Both the position numbers and the translations under genes were made by a program. A stretch of DNA of 63,855 nucleotides, filler included, from Pirum gemmata (Eukaryota), in NCBI GenBank assembly GCA_002812295.1. It is 15 parts of 15 records of this genome, joined end to end, with 100 filler letters (N's around TTAATTAATTAA, not from the genome) between each part and the next. Parts side by side here need not be neighbours in the genome. Positions count along the whole stretch, not along the records: positions 1 to 3,986 come from PDIN01001669.1; positions 4,087 to 8,046 come from PDIN01001670.1; positions 8,147 to 12,642 come from PDIN01001671.1; 12 more parts are not named here. One strand, written 5' to 3'. The notes beneath the pieces were generated by a model. It made no database searches. It saw only the letters and a list, made by a program, of their open reading frames with translations, and was not told the origin of the DNA. Positions 1-12,642 of the stretch are shown piece after piece. The stretch's first letter is position 1. Every line of letters starts with the position of its first letter.

Positions 1-3000
1 TCGGATAAAACTTTAGAAATCATTTTTTTTAGACTTCTTTTCTAAACCCTTCAATGCTAACTAGAAAGCCAAATTATTTTTAAAAACTAGCCATTGGTTC
101 ATAATAGAGTTTTCTTATTTAGAAGTTTTTCAAAATTTGGTAGTATTTTTTTTTAAATTGGCTCATTTTGAGATTTTTGATTTTGATCATCCAGCTTGGT
201 AGTTAAAAAAAAAAAAAATTAAAAATATATTTATTCATTTAGTTTTTTATTATTATAATACAAATTATTTATTTTATTATATTTATTTATTTATTTATTT
301 ATTGAAAAGCATTACTAGTTATCATACAGTTCATACTATGATACCAAAAACGCATGCTGCTAACGTTATTGCTATTGCTATTGTTATTGTTATTGTTATT
401 GTCATCATTAATTATAATTATGATTGATTAATACTATTAAATCGTAATATGATTATGGTTTTATACTGATTATTAATTATTTACATCGTCTATTTCATCA
501 CAGTTGTCTTCTCAATCTTTAATGTGGTACATGTTTAAGTAACTACTAGAAGCCCATCTGGGGGTCTGTTTTGTTAGTTTAGAGGCTTAAAACTAACAAC
601 TAACAAGTCTAGAACTTACAGGGTATCGATAGTTTAACCACAATAATAATATGATAAAACTTGATCACTTATTCTTTGCGTCATTATTCTTATTACGTCA
701 TTACTTTCATTCGCCAACGAGAAACCGCTCATATCTTGATTTTTCAAATCAACTAAATTGAACCAATCTTTTTTTAGAAAGGTCTTTCTTATTTTTTTGA
801 TCACGCTACTATTGGCTATCCTGGGGGTTTTTTTTAAAAAAAAAAAAAAAAAAAATCCATGTTCAGCAGATAGCTATTGTGCTTTTCAGTTATTGTCGTC
901 ATAAAATATGCAATAAGTACCACCAAATTATTACAATATAAATCCATTTCATTTAATTTGGTATATTTTATTATGTAAATAATTATTTATTTAAAAGTAT
1001 CAATTAAAATATTATAAACAACCAAATAAATAATCGGAGTGATAGCAATACCTCTGTACTTGTCTGGTTATGCCTGCCCGCCGGCCCTATCCTCCGGCCA
1101 TCTTCCATAGGTTCTCCGACCGGTGGCTTTCTGTTCATGTGTGTCCTGACTCCTGTGTGCTCGTACTTCGTAGTCGTCCAACTTCAGGGAATTCGCGTGT
1201 TTTGCAAATCCGAATATGATACATGTATCTCACTGATGATTCTCACAGTATCTGAGACGTACGATGTAATACAGAAATCAAAAACCCTCAATAATCAACA
1301 ACTAGTCAATTATACATTATTATTATTTATATATATGATCACCTGTATATGATACATGATAACATAGTGACAATAATATCTTAGTAGACTGCTATTAATA
1401 ATAGTATTTATAATAGATATCGATGCAAGTAATATGAATCATATGCTTATTATGTTTATATATGATTATGCATTTTTTAATTATATTATACGAAGAGTTT
1501 CGAGACTGTTTTGATGGCCTTTTTGTAGTTCATTCAACTTCATTCAACTAAAAAGACTCTAAAAAGGGAAGAATCAAAAAATATACAAAAAATTCTTAAT
1601 AATATCAGATACATATTATTATGATCATATTATATATCATCACCGTTTTTTTTTAAATATAAGCCCTTAATTACGCTACTCAGTTAAAGTTACTCTACTT
1701 TCCACTGTTTTTTTTTATTATATTATAATATAACTAGTACTTCCATGCCGTATCTCAAAATGTCATGATTTTCAGCATATATAGAGAGACGTCGACAGTA
1801 GATCAAAACTATAAACAACACTTCTAGAATGAGAACCAACATAAAGTACAGGTATAGTACCGGTATAATACTATATTATATATTTATTAACACCCATGCC
1901 ATATGAGCTCATAATGTTATGATTTTCAGCATAATTTCATCCTATGATGCGTATAGCATTAAAATACATAATGTTGAGAATTTGAGAATCGAGATTGCTA
2001 CTATAGCTAGCTAGCTAGCTTGTAGTAGTAGTCAAGGTCCAGTGTTCTATATATGATATATAATACTCTAAAGACCCCAGGCTCCAGCACTCTTCCTAGC
2101 TAGTAGTATCGTACGATAGTAGAACTGTAGAAGTCTATAGTACTTTTCAGTTGTTTTGTCATCATAAAGTATACAATAAAGAGTGCCAAATTAATACAAT
2201 ATAAATCCATTGCATTTAATTTGGTATATTTTATTATCTATTTATCCATTTAACAATGTCAATTAAAAAATTATAACCAACCAAATAAATATTCGGAGTG
2301 ACCAAATAAATGAAAAGCACAATAATATTATATAGCTACTATGATACTAAGTCTCTTAACTATCTAACTCTCCCCCCAGCTCTAACTATCGATATCATAG
2401 CTAGTATCCATAGTATGTATCGTGCCTTTCATTTATTTTGTCACTCCAAATATTTATTTGGATGGTTATAATCTTTAAATTGACAATTTTAAATCTATAT
2501 ACAGATAACAAAATATACCAAATTAGATTAAATGAATTTATATTATATTAATTTGGTACTATTTATTGAAAGCGAAGTAGTTGATAATGTGGTTGTTGGT
2601 GAAAACTACTTGGTTAATGATGTAGTTGCTAGTGAAAGCAATGCAGTTGGTAATGTGGTTACTAGTGAAAGTAACGTAATTGCTAGTGAAAGCAAAGTAG
2701 TTGATAATGTACATGTGTTTGTTGGTGAAAACAACGTTAACTTGGTTAATGGTGTAGTTGCTAGTGAAAGCAATGCAGTTGGTAATGTGGCAAGTGAAAA
2801 GCACGATATAGCTTGAGGAGCGTTCAGATACTACATAACACCAACTACTCGCCAACTTCCCGTCAAATACAGCTTCAAATACCTCTACCTACCTACCCCT
2901 CGGTGTTAATTTCCGGTCAAATACCACCTACCTACCTACCCCTTGGCGTGACGTATTATTTGAACACTCTCCTACTTACTACTACTACCAAGTACCAACT

Positions 3001-3177
3001 ACTGTAGACTACTTAGCTATCATAGCTAGCTAGTATCATAGTAGTTATGATATGCATAGCTATGCATAGCACTCCTAAAACTGTACTCAAGTTACTCAAC
3101 AAGTACTCAATACCTTACAGTACTCAGCACACTCAAGTGACTCAACACCCATTTCTTTCGTATATTCCAACTTCCAA

Positions 3178-3360
3178 CTATGGTACAAACAATTAAAAAA
3201 CGTCCAACCTTTGGGTTTCACTAGAATTTTTAGTTTTCAATCAGAAGTAATGTAATAGGTATTTAATAGGTTTGAAATTTTTAAATACAAAAAAAAAAAG
3301 TTGGGATCTTTTTTAATTAGTAAAAAAAGTAGGATGTTTTTTAGATTGTTTGCGCCATAG
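3178..3360. mobile_element. MITE family I
   Basis: ~28-bp imperfect TIR CTATGG(T/C)(A/G)CAAACAAT(T/C)...AAAAAC(G/A)TCC; related pieces at 7900-8030 and 47400-47570. Confidence 0.75.
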
Positions 3361-3986
3361 AATTTTTTCTTCATTTTTTCTTCATTGCTTTTTCTCAAAA
3401 CTTGTAGCCAGTAGCTGGGTCTACTATATATAGACTAGCTAGTAGCTAGCTCTAGCTAGCTAGCTATGTAGACTAGAGTCACTAGCTAGACTATAGAGTC
3501 CTACTAGACTCTCCTACTAGCTACTAGATAGAGTCCTTATTTTGTCACTCCGAATATTTATTTGGTTGGTTATAATATTTAAGCTGACTTTTTTAAATAA
3601 ATAAATAGATAATAAAATATACCAAATTAAATGAAATAGATTTATATTATATTAATTTGATACTCTTTATTGTATATTTCTGATGACAAAACAGCTGAAA
3701 AGCACGATAGACTAGCTAGCTAGAAAGAGTCTACTAGCTAGACCCCCACGTCTAGCTAGCTAGAGTAGTCTAGTAGACTATCATAGCCAGCTAGCTAGGT
3801 AGAAAGTCCTAGCTAGCTAGCTAGTCTAGCTAGGTAGAAAGAGTGTAGAAAGGCAAAAATGCAAATCGAGGACTATATTTTGAAATTTGGCTGAAAATGT
3901 TCAAAAATATTCCAATATTTAGCATTCGAGCTAATTTAACAATTAGATTCGATTTTCCAAACTTGAAATTTGGCTGAAAATGTTCA

Positions 3987-4086
3987 NNNNNNNNNNNNNN
4001 NNNNNNNNNNNNNNNNNNNNNNNNNNNNNNTTAATTAATTAANNNNNNNNNNNNNNNNNNNNNNNNNNNNNNNNNNNNNNNNNNNN
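3987..4086. other. Artificial scaffold spacer (N44-TTAATTAATTAA-N44); 14 such spacers in the window
   Basis: The same six-frame-stop linker occurs at 4031, 8091, 12687, 16751, 20818, 24886, 28975, 33057, 37122, 41203, 46444, 50479, 54558 and 60422. Confidence 0.97.
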
Positions 4087-4181
4087 TATTTATTTTATTT
4101 ATTTTATTTATTTATTTATTTATTTGTAAATTTGGTTTTTTGGGTTTTTTGGGGTTTTTTTTGTTTGTTTTCGATGTATAG

Positions 4182-5318
4182 TGCTGTAAAAGTGGATTGA
4201 AGTGCTTAGAAAACAAAATTGCTGGGCTAAATCCGACTTGTAGAATTGATTGGAATTTAACAATAGGGGATGTGTGTAATGAAACGAGTAAAGATGGATG
4301 TCCTGTGTACAGTAGTTGTCAACCTGATAAAAATGTACCTGGTATCAGTAGATGCACTGAGGAAATTTGTAAATGGCAACCTAAAGTAACAAATAGTGGG
4401 TTCGTGCAAGTTTACAAATTTTGTCACGCAAAACACTCAACAGGTACCTGTTGCCCTTACGATACTTATTGCAAATACATAACCGATTATACTTCTGAGT
4501 GTCAGCCTTGCACAGGTCATTTGAATTATCAAGATGAATGTCTGACTGATACTGATTACGATAATAATCCCATTGATGGCATTGATCCACATAAGACTTT
4601 ATGTTGTCCGCCGGAAACTAAATGTGCTCCTCGACCTACAGAATCGGGCGTTTATAAACGAATATGCGATTCAGATTGCCCTAAGTTACCCAATTGTGCT
4701 GTAAGCGATTACCTCGCTTCGGAAAAAAAATGCTTCTGTGATGTATGTGAAAATGGTTATTTTATAGATCCTAATAACAATAGACAGTGTATTAATTCAA
4801 CTATACCCACCAGCACCACGTCAATAATGGGTACACCTACAATGGTTGTATCTACTTTGGTTACAGCTAGCAGTACTACTAATAACAATGAAAATATTAC
4901 TGGAAGTAGTGATGAAAGTAATGCTATAAATGATGGCTGGGTACTGTATACAGTTACCAGTGTGGTTGTTGGCGTTCTACTTGTTTTGTGTAGTGTTTTA
5001 GTGTTTTACTTTATTAGAAAAAGGTATGCTTTCCAACATAAGAAAAGGTTTTTTCAAAATCCCAGTGGGAAACAATTCGGTCAATACCTTGGAGAAGAAG
5101 ACAGCAGTCAACAAATTTTTATATTGTCTGATTTCGATCATATAAGAAATTCTATCCGTGAACATTCAGAGCAGTCATCGGAAGGGTTATCAGAAATTAA
5201 GGATAAGTTATACGCTAATGATCTCGATATACCAACAGAGTACGAAGAGAATGGATTAGATGAAGACGCTAAAAGTGTTAAAAAGGAAAGTATTAACGAA
5301 CATCAGGAATATTCGTAA
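4182..5318 (+). CDS. Terminal exon of a Cys-rich single-pass (type I) membrane protein; 5' exons missing
   Basis: Pyrimidine tract and AG acceptor at 4180-4181, then in-frame CCKSGLKCLENK. Cys-rich ectodomain, S/T-rich stalk, hydrophobic helix WVLYTVTSVVVGVLLVLCSVLVFYFI, RKR stop-transfer, acidic tail, TAA at 5316-5318. The ORF-track start at 4197 is a TTG codon, not the true start. Confidence 0.85.
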   Translation, partial: CCKSGLKCLENKIAGLNPTCRIDWNLTIGDVCNETSKDGCPVYSSCQPDKNVPGISRCTEEICKWQPKVTNSGFVQVYKFCHAKHSTGTCCPYDTYCKYITDYTSECQPCTGHLNYQDECLTDTDYDNNPIDGIDPHKTLCCPPETKCAPRPTESGVYKRICDSDCPKLPNCAVSDYLASEKKCFCDVCENGYFIDPNNNRQCINSTIPTSTTSIMGTPTMVVSTLVTASSTTNNNENITGSSDESNAINDGWVLYTVTSVVVGVLLVLCSVLVFYFIRKRYAFQHKKRFFQNPSGKQFGQYLGEEDSSQQIFILSDFDHIRNSIREHSEQSSEGLSEIKDKLYANDLDIPTEYEENGLDEDAKSVKKESINEHQEYS

Positions 5319-5630
5319 CCCTGACCCCTTACCCTAACCCCAACCCTAATATATATAAATTAGTATAAAAAAAATAAACTTTAAAAAATTTCCATGTAAA
5401 TATATGGGTTTGAGTACTTTCGAATTTTCATTTAATTTGGAAAATTTGTAATTTTGGAGACTATCACAGTTTTACAATTATTATTGTCACCAGCTAAAAT
5501 CTTGACCAAAATCGACTTAACTTCACTGACGATACCCTCGACATTCATCAACGACAAATTGCATTTATAACAATTTCACTTTAGAAGCCACATGGGTTGC
5601 TATTTACATAAATGAACCCATGGTCCCTAG

Positions 5631-6160
5631 ACTTTCTTTAAACACTCATATCTCCATTGCTGTTGCTTCTATGAAGAAGATGATTATTATATAAATATAA
5701 AGAGTAAGTCGTGTACTATATAGTTGCCTTGATAATATCATCTTCATAGTAGCAATAGCAATAGAGATATGAGTGTTTAAAGAAAGTATAAATACCCATG
5801 AATTCATATATTGCTGTGGTTGCAGGCAGTGGTTTTGTTGGGGATGGAAAGAAAGGGTCTTTAACAAGAATTAAAATAATAAAATGCCTATGGATCTATA
5901 TTTTCTCACCGTCTTAACTACGTATACGTATACATGTATTAAATCTTACTTCTCTAAGAAATTTTAAAATTCATTATACTTAAAAAATTAAACAATGGTT
6001 ACTGGTGATTATACATGTTGCAGTGGCTGTGTCATATCTCCATTGCGATTGCTGCTATGAAGAACATGATTATTATAAGTATAAAGATAAAGTCATGTAC
6101 TATATACTTGTCTTAATAATCAATCATCTTCATAATAGCAATAGCAATGGAGACATGAGC
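5631..6160. repeat. Two tandem fold-back (hairpin) units, 5631-5787 and about 6031-6160
   Basis: ACTTTCTTTAAACACTCATATCTC is the exact reverse complement of GAGATATGAGTGTTTAAAGAAAGT, and the stem continues imperfectly for about 60 bp. Confidence 0.9.
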
Positions 6161-6408
6161 ATTTAATTAAAGCAGCTAAAATCTAGGGACTCGGGTCACC
6201 GCCCACGGGTTCATTTATTTTAAAGTAAATCTTACCTTTCTATGATAATTTTAAAATCATTTTACCATTAACCTTCATATATACTTTTAAAAACTTAAAT
6301 AATGGCATTGTCATTATTAATATAATAATTTATAATAATAACCTAATCAGAAGAATCAGAAGTAACTCATTTTTTTTTTTTTTTTTGTATATATAATTAA
6401 ACTAAATT

Positions 6409-6640
6409 AAAGCCGGATAAAAATGGCGACATCTGAGCTCAAAAATCCAAAAAAATCTCAAAATGATCCAATTTTAACAAAAGTACTACCAAATAGTGAG
6501 AAATCATTTAATTAGTGAAACTCTATTATAAACCAATAGCTAGTTTTTAAAAATAATTTGAACAGTTGAAATTTTAAAAGTTTTTAGAAAAGAAGTTTTT
6601 TTAAAAAAAAAATGATTTCTACTGTTTTATCCGGTTTGGC
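6409..6640. mobile_element. MITE family D (~230 bp)
   Basis: TIR AAGCCGGATAAAA/TTTTATCCGG(C/T)TT. Copies at 1-200, 34005-34250, 42100-42332 and 56462-56702, plus an internally deleted copy at 51140-51215. Confidence 0.82.
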
Positions 6641-7248
6641 TGTTGAAAAAAAAAAGTCATACTTTGCACTTTTAGGAACATGTTACATTGCTTTTTAGTT
6701 GTTTTGTGTTTTGTATCATAATATATATATTGAAGCACGCATGACATATATACAATAAAGTGTACCAAATGAATACAATATAAATGTATTTCATTTAATT
6801 TGGTATATTTTATTATCTAATTATTCATTTAAAGATGTCAATTTAATTAAAAGTTTTAGCCCACCAAATAAATAGTGACAAAATAAATAAAAATTATATG
6901 AGTGTATTTGATTGTTCAAGACAAACAATACTTAATTAAAATAAATATTATATCGTGCTTTTCATTAAAACTTTGTCACTCTGAATATTTATTTGGAGGG
7001 TTATAATCTTTTTAAATTGACATTTTTAAAGCAATACATAGATATAAAATACTCCAAATTAAATTAAATGAATTTATATTGTATTAGTTTGGTACTATTT
7101 ATTGTATATTTTATGATGACAAAACAACTGAAATGACAAAACAACTGAAAAGCACTAGTCTATAATTTTCAAATTGATACAAGACATTGTTCAAGACCAA
7201 CAATAATGAAATAATGACATAGTACTTTGTTGTGAGCTTTTATTATTA

Positions 7249-7437
7249 TTGTGCTTTTCATTTATTTTGTCACTCTGAATATTTATTTTGTTGGTTATAT
7301 AATATTTAAATTGATATTTTTAAATTAATAAATAGATTATAAAATAAACAAAATTAAATAAAATGGGTCTATATTGTATTAAAATTTGGTACTCTTTATT
7401 GTTTATTTTATGATGACAAAACAACTGAAAAGCACGA
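7249..7437. mobile_element. MITE family A, full copy in a cluster of three (6683-7437)
   Basis: TA|TTGTGCTTTTCA...TGAAAAGCACGA|TA. Confidence 0.88.
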
Positions 7438-8752
7438 TAATACATACCCCACCCATAATGAGTTGATTGGTATTGGTATTGCTTAACATTGATTGGTATT
7501 GATATTGGTATTAATATTAGTATTGGTATTAGTATTATAAAATTAGTATTAGTTACTATTAGTATTAGTATTAGTATTAGTATTGATATTAATATTAGTA
7601 TTAGTATTTTAATATTAGTATTAGTATTAGCATGGTCAGTGTTGCTCACCCAGATTTTTTTTTTTTTTTTTGTGGGGGGGGGGGGGGTAGCCTATCATAT
7701 TTACAGGCGGAGTGGTGTAACGAGTGGTGTAACTGGTGTCACAGTGGTGTGTCTGTCATCCCTCCTATCAGGAGCCCTATGATATCGGGCCGTCTATATT
7801 TAGTTTTCGAAAGTCTTCCATTGTCTTCCACTGGCTAGTAGCGGGTGCAAACAATCGCGTGCAAATTGGTGCAAAGTTGCAAACAATCAAGGAGTCCTTG
7901 AAACAATCTAAAAACGTCTGTCCTACTTTTTTGACTGAATAGCTAAAAACGTCTGACTTTTGGGTTTCACTATAATTTTAGTTTTCGAACATAAGTAGTG
8001 TAATAGTTATTAAATAGATTTGAAATATTCGAACATATTATATATANNNNNNNNNNNNNNNNNNNNNNNNNNNNNNNNNNNNNNNNNNNNTTAATTAATT
8101 AANNNNNNNNNNNNNNNNNNNNNNNNNNNNNNNNNNNNNNNNNNNNGGGTTAGGGTTAAGGTTAGGGTTAGGGTTAGGATTACAGTTTGGGTTAGGGTTA
8201 GGGTTAGGGTTAGGGCTACGGTTTGGGTTAGGGTTAGGGTTAGGGTTAGGGCTACGGTTTGGGTTAGGGTTAGGGGGGGGGGTAAAGTATAGGGTTAGGG
8301 TACTGATATTAATATTTCTTAATTTTAAAAAAGATAACTCAATTTTTATTATTGATAATTATTTATAATTATGTATTTGGTACAGGATTTGAGAGCCAAG
8401 TAGTAGAGAAACATCAAAATTTGAGAGCCAAGTAGTAGAGAAACATCAAAAATATTATGAATTAATGTAGATTCGATAGTACTTTAACTAGCCTTCTGGG
8501 AAAACTGTACAACTTAAAATTATTTTCTAATAAACTTTTCTGTGTTTCAGATCCTGTTTATTTCTAATCAAGTCTTAGTCCATCAAATGAAAATATTCAT
8601 TTCAATATAATATGTTATTTACACTTCGAGTATATATAAAATTATTGTGTTTTTCAATAGTGTTGTTCAGTATTAATACTAAATTATTATTATGGCTAAA
8701 CAGCCTAAACTATCAGACATATTAAAAGAACAACTGTAAGTCTGTATTGATA

Positions 8753-8870
8753 TAGGGTTAGGGTTAGGGTTAGGGTTAGGGTTAGGGTTAGGGTTAGGGT
8801 TAGGGTTAGGGTTAGGGTTAGGGTTAGGGTTAGGGTTAGGGTTAGGGTTAGGGTTAGGGTTAGGGTTAGG
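8753..8870 (+). repeat. Interstitial telomere-type (TTAGGG)n array
   Basis: About 19 perfect units. Further arrays at 8147-8300, 22958-23202, 28338-28428 and 35192-35450, and as (CCCTAA)n at 10014-10110, 25802-25848 and 29700-29782. Confidence 0.95.
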
Positions 8871-10013
8871 TATAATATCTATTTTACGACTGACGGCAAA
8901 GAAAAAATATTTATTAGACTAGTCTATCTAATTTTGCTGCCAGTATAATATCAGATTTAATATAATACTATCAGATTCTACTCGTTGCTATTTATTAAAA
9001 TACAACCAACATACCAACACTCCGATACTAAGTACTCCCGTGGCTAGTCGTATTTCTATCGTAGTAGTAGTGAATGATAGTAGGAGGGGTGAGAACTCTT
9101 ATGGCGAACTTTTTTGACCGAGGCACAAAGTAAATGTTGTTCGCCTGTTTCGCCTTACCATATTTAGTATTTGTAATTATTTATTTAGTAACTACCTATT
9201 TAAGTAGTTACTTTAAAAAGAGTTTATTATTCTATTTATAGTAACTTTAGTCAAATTTCCGGAAGTTCGCCGGTCCGAGCATCCAATTGGTAAGATGACG
9301 TCATCTCATCCCTCCTATGATAGTAGTCATTTTCAAATTTCACTTGCAATTTTTTCCGTCGAATCTATTTTTTTTAAAAACTATTTTTTAAGTATTTTTT
9401 ATCAGTATGACATATTGTATAGATTGCATTATTTGTATAGATTTGTATACCTTAGTAGGTATACCTGTAATTATTAAAGTATCGTATCATTCGTATGCAT
9501 AATATCATACATTATTAAAATTACCATTTTTAAATTTAAAAAATAAATAGCTCAATTTAGCTCAATTTACTGAGATATAATTAAGTAGTGCATGCTTTTC
9601 AGTTATTTTGTCGTCATAAAAATTTAATATACAATAAATAGTACCAAATTTTATCTATTCATTCATTTAAAAATGTCAACTTGAATATTATAACCAACCA
9701 AATAAATATTCAGAGAAACGCACTATAAGTTTACGAGTTTATTAGGCAAAGCAGTGGCATAATACTGGCATTTTTAATATTTATACCGATAGCTCATTGA
9801 GTGCTCAATGTAGGCTTTATTATAGCAGGGGGAACCAGTGAGAGGGTTGTCAGTGAGAAAGCGGTATGCGAGCTCAGAGTCGAATTTATTAGGCAAAGCT
9901 GTAGTAGGTAAAGTAGTGGTATTGTGATAATTCTCAGATATCATATGATACTCTCAGAAGTCTCTCAGGTATGATACTCTCAGATAGGTCAGATGATTAT
10001 AGGTGTTGGTTGT

Positions 10014-10110
10014 AACCCTAACCCTAACCCTAACCCTAACCCTAACCCTAACCCTAACCCTAACCCTAACCCTAACCCTAACCCTAACCCTAACCCTAAC
10101 CCTAACCCTA
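10014..10110 (-). repeat. Interstitial (CCCTAA)n array
   Basis: About 16 near-perfect units, opposite in orientation to the 8753 array on the same scaffold. Confidence 0.95.
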
Positions 10111-12505
10111 TTAAACCCTAACCTGAGCAGAATTGGGAATTTGGGAAATTGGGAGAGGCCTTAGTTTCAAGGTTGTTGGTGTGGAAGCCTAATATGGAAC
10201 TTTTTGCTGTGTGCCGGCCGGTGGTATGCAAGAGTTTATGCAAGGTAGTCTATGCAAGCTCGGAGAGTGTTCGGAGGAGTCGGAGCCGGAGACAGGACTC
10301 TGAGAGTGGTGTGAGTCCGTGTGACCGTGTGACTCGGTGTGAGGTCAGAAAAATTGTGTGTAGAAAATTGTGTATTTAGTCCTTGATGATGGTGAATCAT
10401 AAACAAAACAAACTTTAAAAAAAAAAAAAAAAAAAAAATACTCTTTTTCTAGATTGCCATTTTAATGGCATATATCGGAATCTAAAAGCTTAGAAATTTT
10501 ATCTGATAGGTCAAAAGGTGGAGTTAAGGGATATTATGTTTTTTATATATAATAAATATAAAATAAACTTTTTTTTCAGAAAATACTCTTTTTCTCTTTT
10601 TCTAGATTGCCATTTTAATAGCATTATATCGGAATCTGAAAGCTTAGAATTTTTATCTGATAGGTCAAAAGGTGGAGTTGAGGGGGTTGTTTTATGATGA
10701 CATGTTTCCCAAGGAACAGGTAATTATTATTATTATCTAGTTGTTGGTATCATATCATAAGTGTTATCATTATATTATGTTGTGCTTTTCATTTACTTTG
10801 TCATTCTGAATATTTATTTGGAGGGTTATAATCTTTAAATTGATACTTTTAAATAAATAAATATATAATAAAATATACCGAATTAAATTAAATGCATTTA
10901 TATTGTATTAATCTGGTACTATTTATTGTATACTTTATGATTACAAAAGCTCTGTAGTTTAATATCGACAACAATGTCAATTAAATAATTATAACCAACC
11001 AAATAAATATTCGGAGTAACAAATAAAGATTTCTATAATATTATGTTATGGTTGGTGTTGGTTTTGAACTCAAGTTTTTGTACTCCTACTCTGATTATAT
11101 TATTATAGTCTAGTGTGCTTTTCATTTGTTTTGTTATTATAAAGTATACAATAAATAGTACCAAATAAATATTATATAAATTCATTTAGTCTAATTTGTT
11201 ATATTTTATTATATATTTATTTATTTAAAAGTATCAATTTAAAGATTATAACCCTCCAAATAAATATTCAGAGTGACAAAATAAATGAAAGGCATGATAT
11301 TGTTATCACGTTTTTCTATAGTGTTGTCTAGTTCAATGGTTGAATTATCAGACATGTTTTAATTATTTTTTATACTTAATTGTTGTATTTTATATTATAA
11401 ACAAGTTCAATTATACAAGTAAACAGTACCAAATTAAATATTGAGAGGATAACTATAATGAAATAGACGATATATATCATAATATAATTAAAATATATTA
11501 TAAATTATATAATATATATAATATAAATTAATATACAACATAATAATTATATAATTAATCATACATCTGATGATGTATATAATAAATTTTGCTATCCAAA
11601 CACCCCTACCATCTGACCCCATCAGAGGAAAATACCAAGCTTCAGATTGTAATATAAGCCATTAAAATGACCATCTAGAAAAAAGTTAGCTATTGTATGA
11701 AACAGGGTATTAAACCTTAAAAATACCTATACCGGTAGTTTATTTCATTACAGTTGTCCTCTCAATCTTTAAATATTAATTTGGCATTGGTTTTAAGTAT
11801 AACCCTAATCCTAATNNNNNNNNNNNNNNNNNNNNNNNNNNNNNNNNNNNNNNNNNNNNNNNNNNNNNNNNNNNNNNNNNNNNNNNNNNNNNNNNNNNNN
11901 NNNNNNNNNNNNNNNNNNNNNNNAAACAGCAAACAGCAAACAAACAACAAATTATATATAATAACGACCTAACCAAACAAAATAATAAATATCAAGAAAA
12001 TTTAATAGCAAAAATTATTTTTTATGACAATTAAAAAAAAAACAAAAATAATAAAACAAAATTTTAAGTAACAACTAATTAGCTTAACCCTAACCCTACC
12101 CTTCTGATTACTATCACCTTATCTTATTAATAACACCATTATCTTATCAACCACTTATTTTAATAATAATATGTTTTAAAAGTTAACAATACCACTACTA
12201 CGGTACTACTAGTACTGCTACTACTACTACTATAATACTACTACTATTATTACTACTTCTACTACAAATAAAGATTTTTTTCTTTTTTTCTAAAGAAAAT
12301 AATAATAATAATAACAATAATAATAATAGTACAAAATTTATGTATTGTTAATCAGTTACATAGAACGAATAACAAGTGACAAATAACAAATAAAAATTTT
12401 ATTAATAATAACAAATAATAATATTATAACAAATAACAAATAACAAATATCCAACTAGCAGTTTAAAATAAACAAAACATCAAGATAATAACAAATAACA
12501 ATTGC

Positions 12506-12562
<57 letters not shown>

Positions 12563-12566
12563 TAAC

Positions 12567-12642
12567 CAGGGACATTCCAGTCAGGGTCTAGCATCACTGA
12601 AGCGGAAGTATACGAAACTAGAGCTCCCAAAGTGGCCAAAAT
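12567..12642 (-). CDS. Probable exon fragment encoding the end of a signal peptide (ILATLGALVSYTSASVMLDPDWNVP)
   Basis: GC-richer open frame running from the scaffold edge, followed by a GT donor (GTTAAT, 12566) and a (TTG)n intron-type microsatellite. Too short for the ORF track. Confidence 0.45.

Noticed and set aside
1050..1290. GC-richer island and 71-aa ORF
   Set aside because: No recognisable motif or consistent splice structure; probably a TE remnant that cannot be assigned.
4031..4042. Periodic TTAATTAATTAA motif every ~4 kb as a biological signal
   Set aside because: Always centred in N runs; it is a six-frame-stop assembly linker.
8147..8300. True chromosome end
   Set aside because: The array is degenerate, G-rich strand points into the scaffold, and similar arrays are scattered internally.
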